Shown: one piece after another, positions 18,674 through 26,552 of the stretch | Numbering within the stretch: position 1 is the stretch's first letter | How the letters are laid out: the number at the start of each line of letters is the position of its first letter | Origin: Bacteroidales bacterium | GTDB lineage: Bacteria; Bacteroidota; Bacteroidia; Bacteroidales; VadinHA17 | DNA: 64,000 nucleotides | Direction of reading: 5' to 3' | NCBI GenBank assembly: GCA_038252165.1 | Contig: JBBSAP010000004.1 | Coordinates: 16,504-80,503, forward strand | Translations under genes and position numbers: made by a program | Notes under the pieces: model-generated | Database searches by the model: none | The model's input: only the letters and a program-made list of their open reading frames with translations | Told to the model about the DNA's origin: nothing

Positions 18674-19465
18674 ATGTTAAAAATTCTTCGTTCGCAGGCA
18701 ATCGCCAGGCCGCTTGCCTGGATAATGATCTGCTCATTACTTAGTATGACAGGCGGATGCTCATACTTTAAGGTGGTACGACCATCTGAACAGCCCCGTG
18801 ATGTCATAACCAGAATTCAGGATCAGCAAAAATTCATTATACTTCATCTTGACGACAAAGCCTGGCAATTATCGGATATAATTGTTAACGATGAGTCAAT
18901 TACAGGATCGATTTCAGTAGTGGCCGGACACGAAAGATACAAAACCGTTAAACCTGAAAATTCAAACAGGTATCATAAAAACAGGATGAATGATGAATCA
19001 TACATTCTTAACGAAGTACATATCTATATAACTGAGTATTCAGATGCCGGAAAGGGAAGGATTTCAATCCCGGCAAGCGCCATTAAGAAGATTGAAATCT
19101 ATGACAAAGATAAAGGGGCAACAGCAGCATCCTGGGCATTCAGTGCAGTTGGGGTTGCCGCTGGTGCATTTGCAGTGGTGATTGTTATTATTTTACTGAC
19201 AAAATCTTCATGCCCGTTTGTATATGCTTACGACGGCAATGATTATCTGTTCTCCGGCGAGATCTTCAGCGGAGCAACACAACCCGGTCTTGAACGCGAT
19301 GATTATATGCTTCTTCCGGCAGCTGTTTCTTCTGAAGGAACATACAGCGTAAGGCTTACAAATGAGGTTCACGAGATCCAGTCGGTCAATTTTGCCAGTC
19401 TGCTTGTCGTGGATCATCCCGCTGACCTTTCAGTGCTGATTGATAAGACCGGAAAGATTCATTGA
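18674..19465 (+). CDS. hypothetical lipoprotein with one internal TM segment, possibly truncated or frameshifted
   Basis: Lipobox-like LLSMTGGC and TM segment AFSAVGVAAGAFAVVIVIILL. A protein-like continuation exists in another frame (19440-19613). Confidence 0.4.
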   Translation: MLKILRSQAIARPLAWIMICSLLSMTGGCSYFKVVRPSEQPRDVITRIQDQQKFIILHLDDKAWQLSDIIVNDESITGSISVVAGHERYKTVKPENSNRYHKNRMNDESYILNEVHIYITEYSDAGKGRISIPASAIKKIEIYDKDKGATAASWAFSAVGVAAGAFAVVIVIILLTKSSCPFVYAYDGNDYLFSGEIFSGATQPGLERDDYMLLPAAVSSEGTYSVRLTNEVHEIQSVNFASLLVVDHPADLSVLIDKTGKIH

Positions 19466-19713
19466 TTATCCGATAGTGACTTATCCCGGATATAATCAGC
19501 GCAGGATGGGATGCTTTGGCGCAGGAAATGCTGTTTCCGGAAATCTTGAAGATGCTGTTTCCATTTTAAAAAGATATGGGTGCCAGAAGTATGAGTTAAA
19601 TCTGAATGAATAATTACCTTAGTGCGGTCATTCAATCAGGACGTAGTAAATTTTTACGTAATTGATAATACAATTTCCATTATTTTTATGACTTAATTAA
19701 TAATTAAAAATGC

Positions 19714-21285
19714 ATGAAAAATATTGTGAATAAGATACTGACTTGGATGAGCCTGATTAAAAAGAGTACTTATTTAAAAATCACTTTTATAGTAGCCGGA
19801 ATTGCTTCGACAGTCTGGTTTCTGATTCGTGTCATTCCAAAACCCACGAGAGCTTCATATCCGTGCATGCGTGTGGCGGCACCGGTAATGTCAGGTTTCG
19901 TGCTTTACCTGATGTCGGTCGTCGGATCTGTAGCAGCTTTCAAAAAGGCAAAGCTGAGCTTTATCAGGCAAAATTATTTCTACACTGTGATATTCCTGGT
20001 TGTGGCCTTTGCAGGATCACTATTTGTTATTAGCAGGGGAACTGGATATGCTTCCGCCAATAGCAATCCTGAATGGATCATTGTACCGAATCAGCCTGTC
20101 GGCGAAGGGAAGGGTATTTTCCCGGGAAGGGTAGTTTGGGTTCATGATCCTGCCGTTGCGAATTGGGATGGCAAGACAGGCAGCTGGTGGGATGAGAATG
20201 TCGTTTCACAATCGGAAACCGATAGAATGCTGAACGAATCAGTTAAAAGCCTTACCGGTGAAAAGACAGAAAAGAAAGCCTGGACAGCTCTTTTCAGGCA
20301 CTTCAATTCTAAGCATGGAGGGAAGAATCAATCCTATAAGCCAGGAGAGAAAATAGCTGTTAAAATTAACACCAACAACACTTATAGCCACGAGGATTCA
20401 CCAGAGCTCAATGCAAGCCCGCAACTCGTTCTTTCATTGCTGAAGAGTCTGGTCAATGAGGCAGGGATCCCTCAGAAAAACATCACGGTTTTCGATGCCA
20501 GCCGGTTCATTACCGACAATATTTTCAATAAATGCAACCTGGCATTCCCTGAAGTGATCTTTGTCGACAATACCGGAGGTGACGGGCGAATAAAATCAGC
20601 ATATCTGGACAATGCAATACCCTATTCGGTCGATAACGGGAAACTGGCAACAGGTCTGGCAACCTGCGCCGTTGAAGCTGACTACATGATAAATATGGCT
20701 CTTCTCAAAGGGCATGTAGGCCAAGGTGTCACATTATGTGCAAAGAATTATTACGGAGTCACGAGCATTGATAACAACTGGCGCAAAAACGCACACAACA
20801 ATTTCAATCCCGACAGGCAGGGCAAACCTCAGTACCTGACTTTTGTCGACTTCATTGCACATAAGGACCTTGGGGCTAAGACAATGCTGTTCCTTATTGA
20901 CGGCATCTACGGTTCAAAGCTGGTCAATGGAGCTCCTGATCCAAAATGGAAGATGGAACCTTTCAATAATGGCTGGGCATGCAGTCTGTTTGCATCGCAG
21001 GATCCGGTTGCCATTGATGCTGTTGGGCTGGATTTTCTAAGGTGTGAATTTCCGGATGCACCTGACATGGCTTTCAGTGATAACTACCTTTTTGAAGCTG
21101 CGCTTGCTGATAATCCTCCATCAGGGACAAAATATGATCCAAAACGCAATAATGAAAGAATATACAGCCTTGGTGTGATGGAGCACTGGAACAATGCAAA
21201 AGACAAGAAATATAGCAGGAATCTCGGCAAAACCACAGGAATTGAACTTGTTCACAAAACAATACAGGCAAAAACAGGAAAATAA
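19714..21285 (+). CDS. DUF362 domain-containing membrane-anchored protein
   Basis: N-terminal TM helices, then KIAVKINTNN...ADYMINMALLKGHVGQGVTLCAKNYYG, which matches the DUF362 pattern as I recall it. Confidence 0.6.
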   Translation: MKNIVNKILTWMSLIKKSTYLKITFIVAGIASTVWFLIRVIPKPTRASYPCMRVAAPVMSGFVLYLMSVVGSVAAFKKAKLSFIRQNYFYTVIFLVVAFAGSLFVISRGTGYASANSNPEWIIVPNQPVGEGKGIFPGRVVWVHDPAVANWDGKTGSWWDENVVSQSETDRMLNESVKSLTGEKTEKKAWTALFRHFNSKHGGKNQSYKPGEKIAVKINTNNTYSHEDSPELNASPQLVLSLLKSLVNEAGIPQKNITVFDASRFITDNIFNKCNLAFPEVIFVDNTGGDGRIKSAYLDNAIPYSVDNGKLATGLATCAVEADYMINMALLKGHVGQGVTLCAKNYYGVTSIDNNWRKNAHNNFNPDRQGKPQYLTFVDFIAHKDLGAKTMLFLIDGIYGSKLVNGAPDPKWKMEPFNNGWACSLFASQDPVAIDAVGLDFLRCEFPDAPDMAFSDNYLFEAALADNPPSGTKYDPKRNNERIYSLGVMEHWNNAKDKKYSRNLGKTTGIELVHKTIQAKTGK

Positions 21286-21300
21286 AAAAATTAAATTATC

Positions 21301-22170
21301 ATGAAAAAACTGTCAAGAAGGGAATTTCTAGGAAAAAGCGCACTGGGTATCGGATCAGCAGTTATTGCTTCCCAGTTTCCGCTTGATGTCAATGCCAATG
21401 CTGCCTCAAAACTTGTAAAAATGCCAATTGGCTTCCAGGTGTGGACCATAAAGGATTCACTTGTAAAAGATTTCCCGGGGACATTAAAAAAGATGGCAGC
21501 TCTGGGATATCAAAGCATGGAAATGTGCTCTCCCCCGGGTTATGAATCATCAGGCTTTGGTCCTCTGATGAAACTGACAGCCAAAGAGATGAAGCAGATT
21601 ATCAGCGATGCCGGTCTAATTTGTCCCAGCTCGCATTACGGCATGGGAGAGTTCAGAGAGCATCTGGATGAAAGGATTGCATTTGCACTGGAGTCAGGTC
21701 AGACCCAGATGATCCTCTCAAGCTTTGGATTACCTCAGAATGCCACCTCTGATGACTGGAAGAAAGCGGCTGACGAACTCAATAAATATGGTGCCAGGGC
21801 AAAAAAAGCCGGTATCCAGATGGGGTTCCATAATCACAATGGGGAATTTCAGAAAATAAATGATACTTTGATATATGATGTTCTGATGAATCAATTTGAT
21901 CCTGAATATATTAAAATGCAATTCCAGGTAGCAGTCATCAGTATCGGGTATAAGGCTTCAGACTATTTTACAAAATACCCGGGAAGGTTTATCTCCGCTC
22001 ATCTCGCCGACTGGTCGGATACAAAAAAAGCATCTGTTCCAATAGGACAGGGAATTGTTGACTGGAAGGAATTCTTTGCCACCATTAAAACAGGAGGTGT
22101 AAAGAACATTTTCGTGGAAATGGATGAGGCTACCTTCAAAGAGAGTGCAGATTATCTGAAAAATCTTTAG
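21301..22170 (+). CDS. TAT-signal sugar phosphate isomerase/epimerase (xylose isomerase-like TIM barrel)
   Basis: SRREFLGKSALGIGSAV leader and GFHNHNGEF metal-site style motif. Confidence 0.8.
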   Translation: MKKLSRREFLGKSALGIGSAVIASQFPLDVNANAASKLVKMPIGFQVWTIKDSLVKDFPGTLKKMAALGYQSMEMCSPPGYESSGFGPLMKLTAKEMKQIISDAGLICPSSHYGMGEFREHLDERIAFALESGQTQMILSSFGLPQNATSDDWKKAADELNKYGARAKKAGIQMGFHNHNGEFQKINDTLIYDVLMNQFDPEYIKMQFQVAVISIGYKASDYFTKYPGRFISAHLADWSDTKKASVPIGQGIVDWKEFFATIKTGGVKNIFVEMDEATFKESADYLKNL

Positions 22171-22250
22171 GTAGCTGAGATTATATGGAATGTAAAAACC
22201 CATTAACCGCCAAGTCCACTAAGTAGGCGCAAAGGTCGCAAAGTTAATAC

Positions 22251-22652
22251 TTAATGACCTTTGCGGTTAAGTTTTTTTCTTCCTGTAATAAAATCCCTTA
22301 TATTAAAGAATACAGAGAATCCCAGAGCTCCAAGAAATGAGTACAATGTGACATTATCAACCAGGGGAGGGCTAAAATCCATCCCTGTAATCCTATCAGC
22401 CAGGTATTTAACATATGAAGAAGGCAGGTCTGTTATACCGAGTTTATTAAGGACACTGAAATGCCAGTCGGTAAGGGGACAATATCCCAATGTCCCGACA
22501 ATAAGTCCCAGAAATAACCAGGATGCACCCGTCAGAACAAGCAAAATCAGATTGAATTTTCTTGTCTTCCTCCAAATCCAGCCAAAAAGATTAAAAAATA
22601 TAATGGAGGTGTGGAAAACAACAAAGAATATGTCGAGTATATGCCAGATCAT
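22251..22652 (-). CDS. DUF2784-like small membrane protein
   Basis: 133 aa, 3-4 TM helices, GYCPLTDWH motif. Confidence 0.55.
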   Translation of the reverse strand: MIWHILDIFFVVFHTSIIFFNLFGWIWRKTRKFNLILLVLTGASWLFLGLIVGTLGYCPLTDWHFSVLNKLGITDLPSSYVKYLADRITGMDFSPPLVDNVTLYSFLGALGFSVFFNIRDFITGRKKLNRKGH

Positions 22653-22912
22653 TTATTGATAATGAAACTTATCCTGCGCACCAGAATGCCCGTACCGGGA
22701 TTGCAACCTGTTTCATGGCAAGGCTTTCGGGGGTTATCATGTTCGTCCTGATTTGTTCTGATTAACAACTTCATGAAGGTACGAAGAACACCTTAAAAAT
22801 ACAATGCATTCGCCCGACACAGGTAATCACAGTGAAATTACATGGAAATGGATATCTTTATTCCTTATATTTTGTGGTATTATTTTCATAGAATTGCTTT
22901 AATAATATTGAT

Positions 22913-23641
22913 ATGCGGCCATCTTTTTCACTATTGTTTATTTTCATTTTTGGAATTGCTTTTACCCAGGAGAACCAGGATGTCTCCAAAGCAAGATTGA
23001 AAGCTGATGCAAATGTCAGCCTTAACAGCAATGGTGTGGCATCAATACCAGCATTTTCGCTCGGAAAACCAGCTGTTATCGCTTCAATATCCCTTACGAA
23101 AAACCGTTTCAGTTATGATCCCGTGCTCGCTTATGGTGTTAATATGAAACCATGGTTCATTGACAACTGGCTGCATTATAAAATAATCCGCAAACCATCT
23201 TTTGAATTAAGGACGGGAGTAAACTTCAGCACCTTTTTTACTGATTACAAATTTACTGAAGAAACCATACTTCGGGGTGACAGATATCTTGCATTCGAAG
23301 TAGCGGCAACTTACAAGTTCCAGTCAAACACATCGTTGACACTCATGTACTGGAATGACAACGGACTGGAGCCCGGGACCATAAGCGGTCATTTTCTTGA
23401 TCTTACCGGGGAAAAGACAGGCATGAAAATAGGGAAAAGCGTCTTAATGTCTGCGAACATTCAAATTTTCATTATCACATACGATGGAAACAATGACGGC
23501 TTATTCGTATCGCCGAAAATCTCATTTGCTCTGAGGAATGCTCCGTTTGCATTATACTTTCAGGGAACACAGGTTCTCGAAAGCAATATCATTCCTGATC
23601 CGGGATTCCAATGGAATGTAGGATTGTCTTATTCACTTTAA
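22913..23641 (+). CDS. hypothetical secreted / outer-membrane protein
   Basis: Signal-like N-terminus MRPSFSLLFIFIFGIAFTQ, beta-rich pattern and C-terminal ...GLSYSL. Confidence 0.4.
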   Translation: MRPSFSLLFIFIFGIAFTQENQDVSKARLKADANVSLNSNGVASIPAFSLGKPAVIASISLTKNRFSYDPVLAYGVNMKPWFIDNWLHYKIIRKPSFELRTGVNFSTFFTDYKFTEETILRGDRYLAFEVAATYKFQSNTSLTLMYWNDNGLEPGTISGHFLDLTGEKTGMKIGKSVLMSANIQIFIITYDGNNDGLFVSPKISFALRNAPFALYFQGTQVLESNIIPDPGFQWNVGLSYSL

Positions 23642-23687
23642 CCGCCTGTTTTGCAGTTCGCACGCACCTAGGGTTGCTTTAACAAAA

Positions 23688-24638
23688 TTAAATAAAAATT
23701 ATTCCCTTTTCCGCACCGATCTTTCTGATATACTGAGCAGCTAAAAGATAATCTTCCTGTTTGTCAAGATGCTCCATCATCATCGGAATATCCTTAAGCT
23801 TGCTCATCTCCTGAAGAAAAACTGCATAATCAAGCGAACCCAGCCCGGGTCTGCGTTCCTCAAGGTGGACTGTAAGCTCAGGCATGATCGTAATGTCTTT
23901 TGCATGAACAGATTTAATATAAGGACCAAGCTTCGAAAAACACTCCCTGAGAAAAGCTGCATTATTAAAGAACCGCTGAGGACTTGAGACCATATTCACC
24001 GGATCGAGATGCACCGCAAACCTGTCGCGGTCAATGGCCCTGACCAGCTCAAGATAGCTGTCAGGCGAATCAGGAAGCATGAATGGCATTGGCTCCAGGC
24101 AGTAGAAAGTGTTTTTTGGCTTTACCTGGTCGATAATATTCCTGACGTTCTCAACAATCTGGTCAAATGTCTCTTTTGAATAGTTTCCCGGGTAAGGGCC
24201 ATCCCAGATCTCCCCTTTTGCACCGGATATATTTACACAGCAGCAGGCTCCTATCTCATCTGCAAGCTGCAATGAAACAACGTTCTTCTTAATTGCCGCT
24301 TCGCTGGCATTTTTGTCCGGGTTAAACATATTGTTCCAGACCCCGACCTCACTTATCAGTATGTTGTTCTTGCCTGCCTCGGATCTGAAATTTCTTATAA
24401 GCTCAGATGGTGTCCCGGGCTGAACCGGACATACTGCTGCACTGTATCCAAGAGATTTGACTGCTTTTACCCATTGTACCGGGTCATCAAATTTGCCCGG
24501 TACCGGGCCTCCTAATCTTACCGGGTTTCCTGCAGATCGTGTTTCTCCGGCTTTTAGTACTGAAGGAATAATAGTAATCCCTGCTGTCACCAGGGTGGAT
24601 TTTTTTATAAAATGACGCCTGTCAATATTATTTCTCAT
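23688..24638 (-). CDS. TAT-signal sugar phosphate isomerase/epimerase (xylose isomerase-like TIM barrel)
   Basis: DRRHFIKKSTLVTAGITI leader. TIM-barrel motifs (VHLDPVN, HAKD, MMEH). Confidence 0.8.
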   Translation of the reverse strand: MRNNIDRRHFIKKSTLVTAGITIIPSVLKAGETRSAGNPVRLGGPVPGKFDDPVQWVKAVKSLGYSAAVCPVQPGTPSELIRNFRSEAGKNNILISEVGVWNNMFNPDKNASEAAIKKNVVSLQLADEIGACCCVNISGAKGEIWDGPYPGNYSKETFDQIVENVRNIIDQVKPKNTFYCLEPMPFMLPDSPDSYLELVRAIDRDRFAVHLDPVNMVSSPQRFFNNAAFLRECFSKLGPYIKSVHAKDITIMPELTVHLEERRPGLGSLDYAVFLQEMSKLKDIPMMMEHLDKQEDYLLAAQYIRKIGAEKGIIFI

Positions 24639-24663
24639 GGTCTGAAAATCTTGTTAATAATAC

Positions 24664-25110
24664 TTAATAATACCTCCCGATATACTTACTATCGACAATC
24701 AGCTTTTTCATTTCAGAAGGATCAAACATATCCTCCTTTTTTATTATAACCTTACCTCCCGGTTCAATAAGCAGGGTAAATGGGATTCCACCCTGCCAGT
24801 CAGAACCAACTGCATCTATAAGCTTATAAACATCATCGTCATTGAAAATATAGTTCTTATTGGAGGCTTCCTGTTTCTTTAAAAAATTAAGGACGTCAGA
24901 CTTTCTTTCCTGTTTATCGACGCTTATGGTGACCAGCTCAAATGGCCGTCCCCTGTACATCCTGTCAATGATGATCAGATCGGGAAATTCAGCAACGCAA
25001 GGCCCGCACCATGTTGCCCAGAAATTTATTAACCTGAGCTTACCCGAAGATGGATTCAGTAACAGGTTTTTTACTTCCTGTACGTCTATCTCTTCAAGTG
25101 TAACAGGCAA
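24664..25110 (-). CDS. TlpA-like thioredoxin domain (C-terminal half of a split two-domain thioredoxin-fold gene)
   Basis: FWATWCGPCVAEFP active-site motif. The ORF begins at TTG and is in frame with 25159-25800. Only one TGA plus 16 sense codons separate the two. Confidence 0.6.
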   Translation of the reverse strand: MPVTLEEIDVQEVKNLLLNPSSGKLRLINFWATWCGPCVAEFPDLIIIDRMYRGRPFELVTISVDKQERKSDVLNFLKKQEASNKNYIFNDDDVYKLIDAVGSDWQGGIPFTLLIEPGGKVIIKKEDMFDPSEMKKLIVDSKYIGRYY

Positions 25111-25158
25111 TTCCGACCATTGCTTATAAAGCTTCCGGGTGTAATCACTTTTCCATGA

Positions 25159-25800
25159 TCACTTGATTGAACAGCCAAATACTTTTGTGACAGGATTTTT
25201 TACCGGTTGCCCGGCCAATAACGCATCAATGGCACTTCTTAAATCTTCCCCTTTGCCTGATCCTGGTTTTTCTGATCCGTCTACCCTTCCGGCATACCTC
25301 AGGATGCGGCTTTTATCAAATACAAAACAATGTGGTGTGGCTGCAGGGCCATAGGCCAGGGCACTTTTCTGTTCTTCACCGTCGAACAGGTATGGGAAAG
25401 GAAATTTCTTATCAGCTGCCCGCTGTATCATTTCCTCAAAACTGTCGCCCAAATCGGAATAACCAAGTTCAGAATAATTCAATGCCTTCACCGAATTTGG
25501 AGATATCATTACAATATCAACTCCTTTTGGTTTATAGTCATTAGCGATTGATATTATACGGTCCTCATAAGCCTGAGCTGTGGGACAATGGTTACAGCTG
25601 AAAACTACCACCAGAACCTTTGCATTTTCAAAATCCTTCAGGGTGTATCTCTTACCGTCAACGCCCAAAAGGTCAAAGTCGGGAGCCTTAATACCCGGTT
25701 CGATAGTTTTAGGTTCAGGATGAGTTGCCTGTGATAATCCCTGCATCGAGAATGAGATTATCAAAATTACGAGAAATGCTTGTTTCAGATAGTTTGTCAT
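25159..25800 (-). CDS. AhpC/TSA-like thioredoxin-fold domain (N-terminal half of the split gene)
   Basis: Start moved to MTNYLKQAFLVILIISFSMQGLSQ. FSCNHCP redox motif. The ORF ends ...VFGCSIK-TGA, where related proteins I recall read GC(N/S)IKW. Confidence 0.65.
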   Translation of the reverse strand: MTNYLKQAFLVILIISFSMQGLSQATHPEPKTIEPGIKAPDFDLLGVDGKRYTLKDFENAKVLVVVFSCNHCPTAQAYEDRIISIANDYKPKGVDIVMISPNSVKALNYSELGYSDLGDSFEEMIQRAADKKFPFPYLFDGEEQKSALAYGPAATPHCFVFDKSRILRYAGRVDGSEKPGSGKGEDLRSAIDALLAGQPVKNPVTKVFGCSIK

Positions 25801-25991
25801 GGTTAACGCTGGTTTCCTGAAATAAAGATAAGAAAAAAGACTGATACAACACGGCTCCTTATCTGCTACGCGGAAATAATGACACTTCAATTCATATGGT
25901 ATGATAAACATGGGAACCCGTGTTGGCAGTTAAAAGTTGTCGCAAGACACAGTGGATCATGCGTGAGCGAGTCAAGCGATCTTACCCATGC

Positions 25992-26420
25992 CTATTCTGC
26001 TTCCCAGATTGCCACAATCAGGGTGAACACAGGAAGCAATATTGCACCATAAACGGGATTATACCATCCGCTTAATGCAAACGGCCCGCCCAGGGCAAAA
26101 ACCCACACTACAAAAGAGAGAAGCGAGATAATATGCTGCTGAATTTTCTGGACTTTCTGCACACGCCACAGGTATAAGGGAGTCAGGATACAGAAGATGA
26201 CAAACAACGACCATTGAAGAACCTTTATCTCCCCGGCATCTGTTAATTGTTTCACAATACCAAGAACAAATATATACCCTGCCACCAGTTCAGCCGGAAT
26301 ATACTTGAACAGCCTGTCGAAATATCCGTCCTGGGTAACCGTTCCGGCCGGAAATCTAGATTCAGAACCTGGCTGGGTTATTCTCGCAATGTCTTTTACT
26401 GTTATAACTTCTCGCTTCAT
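25992..26420 (-). CDS. hypothetical 4-TM membrane protein with a roughly 40-aa cytoplasmic N-terminus
   Basis: 142 aa with four hydrophobic segments. It starts 28 nt downstream of the S8 peptidase stop on the same strand. Confidence 0.5.
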   Translation of the reverse strand: MKREVITVKDIARITQPGSESRFPAGTVTQDGYFDRLFKYIPAELVAGYIFVLGIVKQLTDAGEIKVLQWSLFVIFCILTPLYLWRVQKVQKIQQHIISLLSFVVWVFALGGPFALSGWYNPVYGAILLPVFTLIVAIWEAE

Positions 26421-26436
26421 GGGATGTAATTATTTT

Positions 26437-26552
26437 CTGGTTATCTGGTTATCTGGTCGTGCGGTCGTGCGGTCTTGCGGTCTTGCAGTCTTGCAGTCGT
26501 GCAGTCGTGCGGTCGTGCCGTCGTGCCGTCGTGAGGTCATGCCGTCGTACAG
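26437..26552. repeat. 8-nt period tandem array: (CTGGTTAT)x2.5 then about 12 units of TCGTGCGG-type variants
   Basis: Read directly: tcgtgcgg, tcgtgcgg, tcttgcgg, tcttgcag, tcttgcag, tcgtgcag, tcgtgcgg, tcgtgccg, tcgtgccg, tcgtgagg, tcatgccg, tcgtacag. I found no stop codon in either strand's frames across the array. Confidence 0.9.

Noticed and set aside
22660-22770. Relatively GC-rich non-coding stretch translating to ...PAHQNARTGIATCFMARLSGVIMFVLICSD
   Set aside because: The open stretch is under 40 codons with no start context. It may be a gene remnant, but I cannot support that.
25159-25161. TGA as selenocysteine in the thioredoxin-fold gene
   Set aside because: The position corresponds to a Trp, not a redox Cys, in related proteins as I recall them. 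I could find no convincing SECIS-like stem-loop immediately downstream. Only a weak gctt-tat-aagc pairing is present.
26437-26552. Possible CRISPR array
   Set aside because: The units are 8 nt and directly abutting with no spacers, and no cas genes are in the window. It is a microsatellite-like tandem repeat.
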